Assembly (NCBI GenBank): GCA_964622315.1
Contig: CAZUOY010000004.1
Location: 2,064 to 66,063 of the forward strand
Length of the DNA stretch: 64,000 bases
Origin: an uncultured Oscillospiraceae bacterium
Lineage (GTDB): Bacteria; Bacillota; Clostridia; Oscillospirales; Ruminococcaceae
Direction: 5' to 3'
A program made the translations under genes and the position numbers. The notes beneath the pieces were generated by a model. That model saw nothing but the letters and a program-made list of their open reading frames with translations, had not been told where the DNA came from and ran no database searches. This document shows, piece after piece, positions 62,651 through 64,000 of this stretch. Every line of letters starts with the position of its first letter. The first letter of the stretch is position 1.

Positions 62651-63376
62651 ATGAACAAAAAAAACAACAAGGGTTCAGCAAGAGTATTTTTTAAGAAGAA
62701 CGGCTTTTACATTGCCATCATAGTCTGTGTGGTGGCTGCGGCGGCAATTTCACTCGGCGCGGTGAATAAGATATTAGGAAATATCGCGCCCGACTCGCCT
62801 GTTAATTTGAGCGAGACGGACGCCGCAAAAGACGAGATAGAAAAGGAGCCGAGCGGTGGCGGCGCCGAAGACGTAAGCGAGGTGGACACTCCCGTGCAGG
62901 ACGAGCAGAAGCCACCGACCGAGGAGTTGGTTGAGCCGACAGAGGAATCGATAAATGCCGAGCCGCTGATTCCGATTTACACTATGCCTGTGGCAAGCGG
63001 AATGCCCGTAAAGGGCTTCAGCGGCGGTGAGCTTGTAAAAAGCGAGACAATGAACGATTGGCGTACCCACGACGGTATTGATATTGAAACAAAGCAAGGC
63101 GCAGAGGTATATGCCGTATATTCGGGCGAGGTGCTTCGCGCCGAGGAGGACCCGCTTTGGGGTTATGTCGTTGAGCTTAAGGTGGATACGGGATACACGG
63201 CGTTCTATGCGAATCTTACCGATGACCTAAAGGTAAAAGCGGGCGACAGGGTTTCTCAAGGAGACCTTCTCGGTTTTGTCGGCACCTCTGCGATACTCGA
63301 AAACGCTGAACCGCCACACCTTCATTTTGAAGTGAGAAGCGGCAACAAGCTAATTGACCCCGCGTCCTTCTATTAA
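62651..63376 (+). CDS. Membrane-anchored M23 (LytM) metallopeptidase
   Basis: N-terminal TM; HDGIDIETKQGAEVYAV and PHLHFEVRSGNKLIDP. Confidence 0.8.
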   Translation: MNKKNNKGSARVFFKKNGFYIAIIVCVVAAAAISLGAVNKILGNIAPDSPVNLSETDAAKDEIEKEPSGGGAEDVSEVDTPVQDEQKPPTEELVEPTEESINAEPLIPIYTMPVASGMPVKGFSGGELVKSETMNDWRTHDGIDIETKQGAEVYAVYSGEVLRAEEDPLWGYVVELKVDTGYTAFYANLTDDLKVKAGDRVSQGDLLGFVGTSAILENAEPPHLHFEVRSGNKLIDPASFY

Positions 63377-63386
63377 GGGTGCGGCC

Positions 63387-63533
63387 ATGGAGAATATTAA
63401 TCCTATGAAGAAGGCTGAGGAGGTCGCGAGCGTGTTCCTTGACGGCGACGAACGCTTCGACCCCTCTGGAAGCTACACCGGAACGAGTACAGATGAGGAT
63501 ATTACGCCCGTGCAGGACGCGGACGACCTATAA
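63387..63533 (+). CDS. Small acidic hypothetical protein (48 aa)
   Basis: MENINPMKKAEEVASVFLDGDERFDPSGSYTGTSTDEDITPVQDADDL. Tightly follows the M23 gene. Below the ORF-track cutoff. Confidence 0.35.
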   Translation: MENINPMKKAEEVASVFLDGDERFDPSGSYTGTSTDEDITPVQDADDL

Positions 63534-63563
63534 AAGAACGACGCCCTTCGGGCGTCGTTTGTT

Positions 63564-64000
63564 TTAAATGAGCTTATCCTTTATCGGCGTTTTCTCCGTT
63601 CGCCTTACGGCAAGCACCGCGAGCGCAAGCTTGATTAGGTCAAATGGCAGGAACGGCACGACGCAGACGAGAAGCGAATTAACAAAGCTCATCTCCTTAT
63701 ATCGTGAGAACCAGAGCGTGCCGAAAAGATAGAGAAAAACAAGCGCGGCGAGCATACCTATGCTCAAAGACAAAACGCTTCGCTTTTTAAACAGCTTGAC
63801 CGTAACAGAAACGGCGAGCGCCATAAAAGGGTAGGCAATAATATAGCCGCCCGTCGGCCCGAAAAGCACGCCGAGCCCCGCGTTGAAGCCGGCGAAGACG
63901 GGAAGACCTATTGCGCCAAGCAGAATGTAACCTAACACCGAAAAGAGCGCGTATTTGGGCGAAAGAAGCCCGCCCGTGATAAGCACGGCAAAAACGGAAA
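63564..64000 (-). CDS. bioY: Biotin transporter BioY (5' end lies right of the window)
   Basis: ..VLITGGLLSPKYALFSVLGYILLGAIGLPVFAGF..GPTGGYIIAYP block. The frame stays open to base 64000. Confidence 0.8.
   Translation of the reverse strand, partial: SVFAVLITGGLLSPKYALFSVLGYILLGAIGLPVFAGFNAGLGVLFGPTGGYIIAYPFMALAVSVTVKLFKKRSVLSLSIGMLAALVFLYLFGTLWFSRYKEMSFVNSLLVCVVPFLPFDLIKLALAVLAVRRTEKTPIKDKLI

Noticed and set aside
62500-62694. 64-aa ORF between tatD and the M23 gene
   Set aside because: It overlaps the M23 start, has basic low-complexity composition and lacks an RBS.
62651-63376. Assignment of the M23 protein as SpoIIQ
   Set aside because: A bitopic LytM protein of this size in a spore former is compatible with SpoIIQ. 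However, there is no supporting synteny or specific motif visible here, so the generic M23 call is kept.

Overview
Chromosomal segment of a spore-forming Firmicute (Clostridia-like gene content; G+C about one half in the core parts, judged by eye). Left third (1-27.2 kb): housekeeping and envelope genes (ilvE 3' end, RluA-family synthase, M23/LysM/G5 peptidase, murA, MBL hydrolase, rlmH, cyclophilin lipoprotein, tcdA, a split TauE pair, M-box riboswitch plus mgtE). It also holds a GH10 xylanase/acetylesterase pair, a ~1600-aa surface protein built from Listeria-Bacteroides (InlB B-type) repeats, a transglutaminase-like protein, a PIG-L deacetylase plus formyltransferase, and a two-permease/one-ATPase ABC system. 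Centre (27.3-46.3 kb): a ~19.0 kb integrated element splits the sporulation regulator gene spoVT. It is bounded by a 14-bp direct repeat and ends in a large serine recombinase whose ORF reads through attR into the spoVT 3' half. Its cargo is mosaic, partly decayed and visibly AT-rich: an NTase-fold plus HTH pair, a solo TnpB, a truncated orphan hsdM, a frameshifted tyrosine recombinase, two orphan genes with no recognisable domains, a LexA-box-controlled SRAP/Y-family polymerase cassette, an OLD/PARIS-like ATPase-Toprim protein, a GNAT remnant and a DUF234-type ATPase. Right third (46.8-64 kb): a blaI/blaR1-like pair with an M23 output domain, a galactokinase-GH13-GH36 sugar cluster, an acyltransferase, a glutamate-symporter-like permease, a large acidic membrane protein, metG, tatD, an M23 peptidase and bioY (partial). 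No rRNA, tRNA or CRISPR array was seen. All calls rest on reading the ORF translations and DNA by eye; no searches were run.
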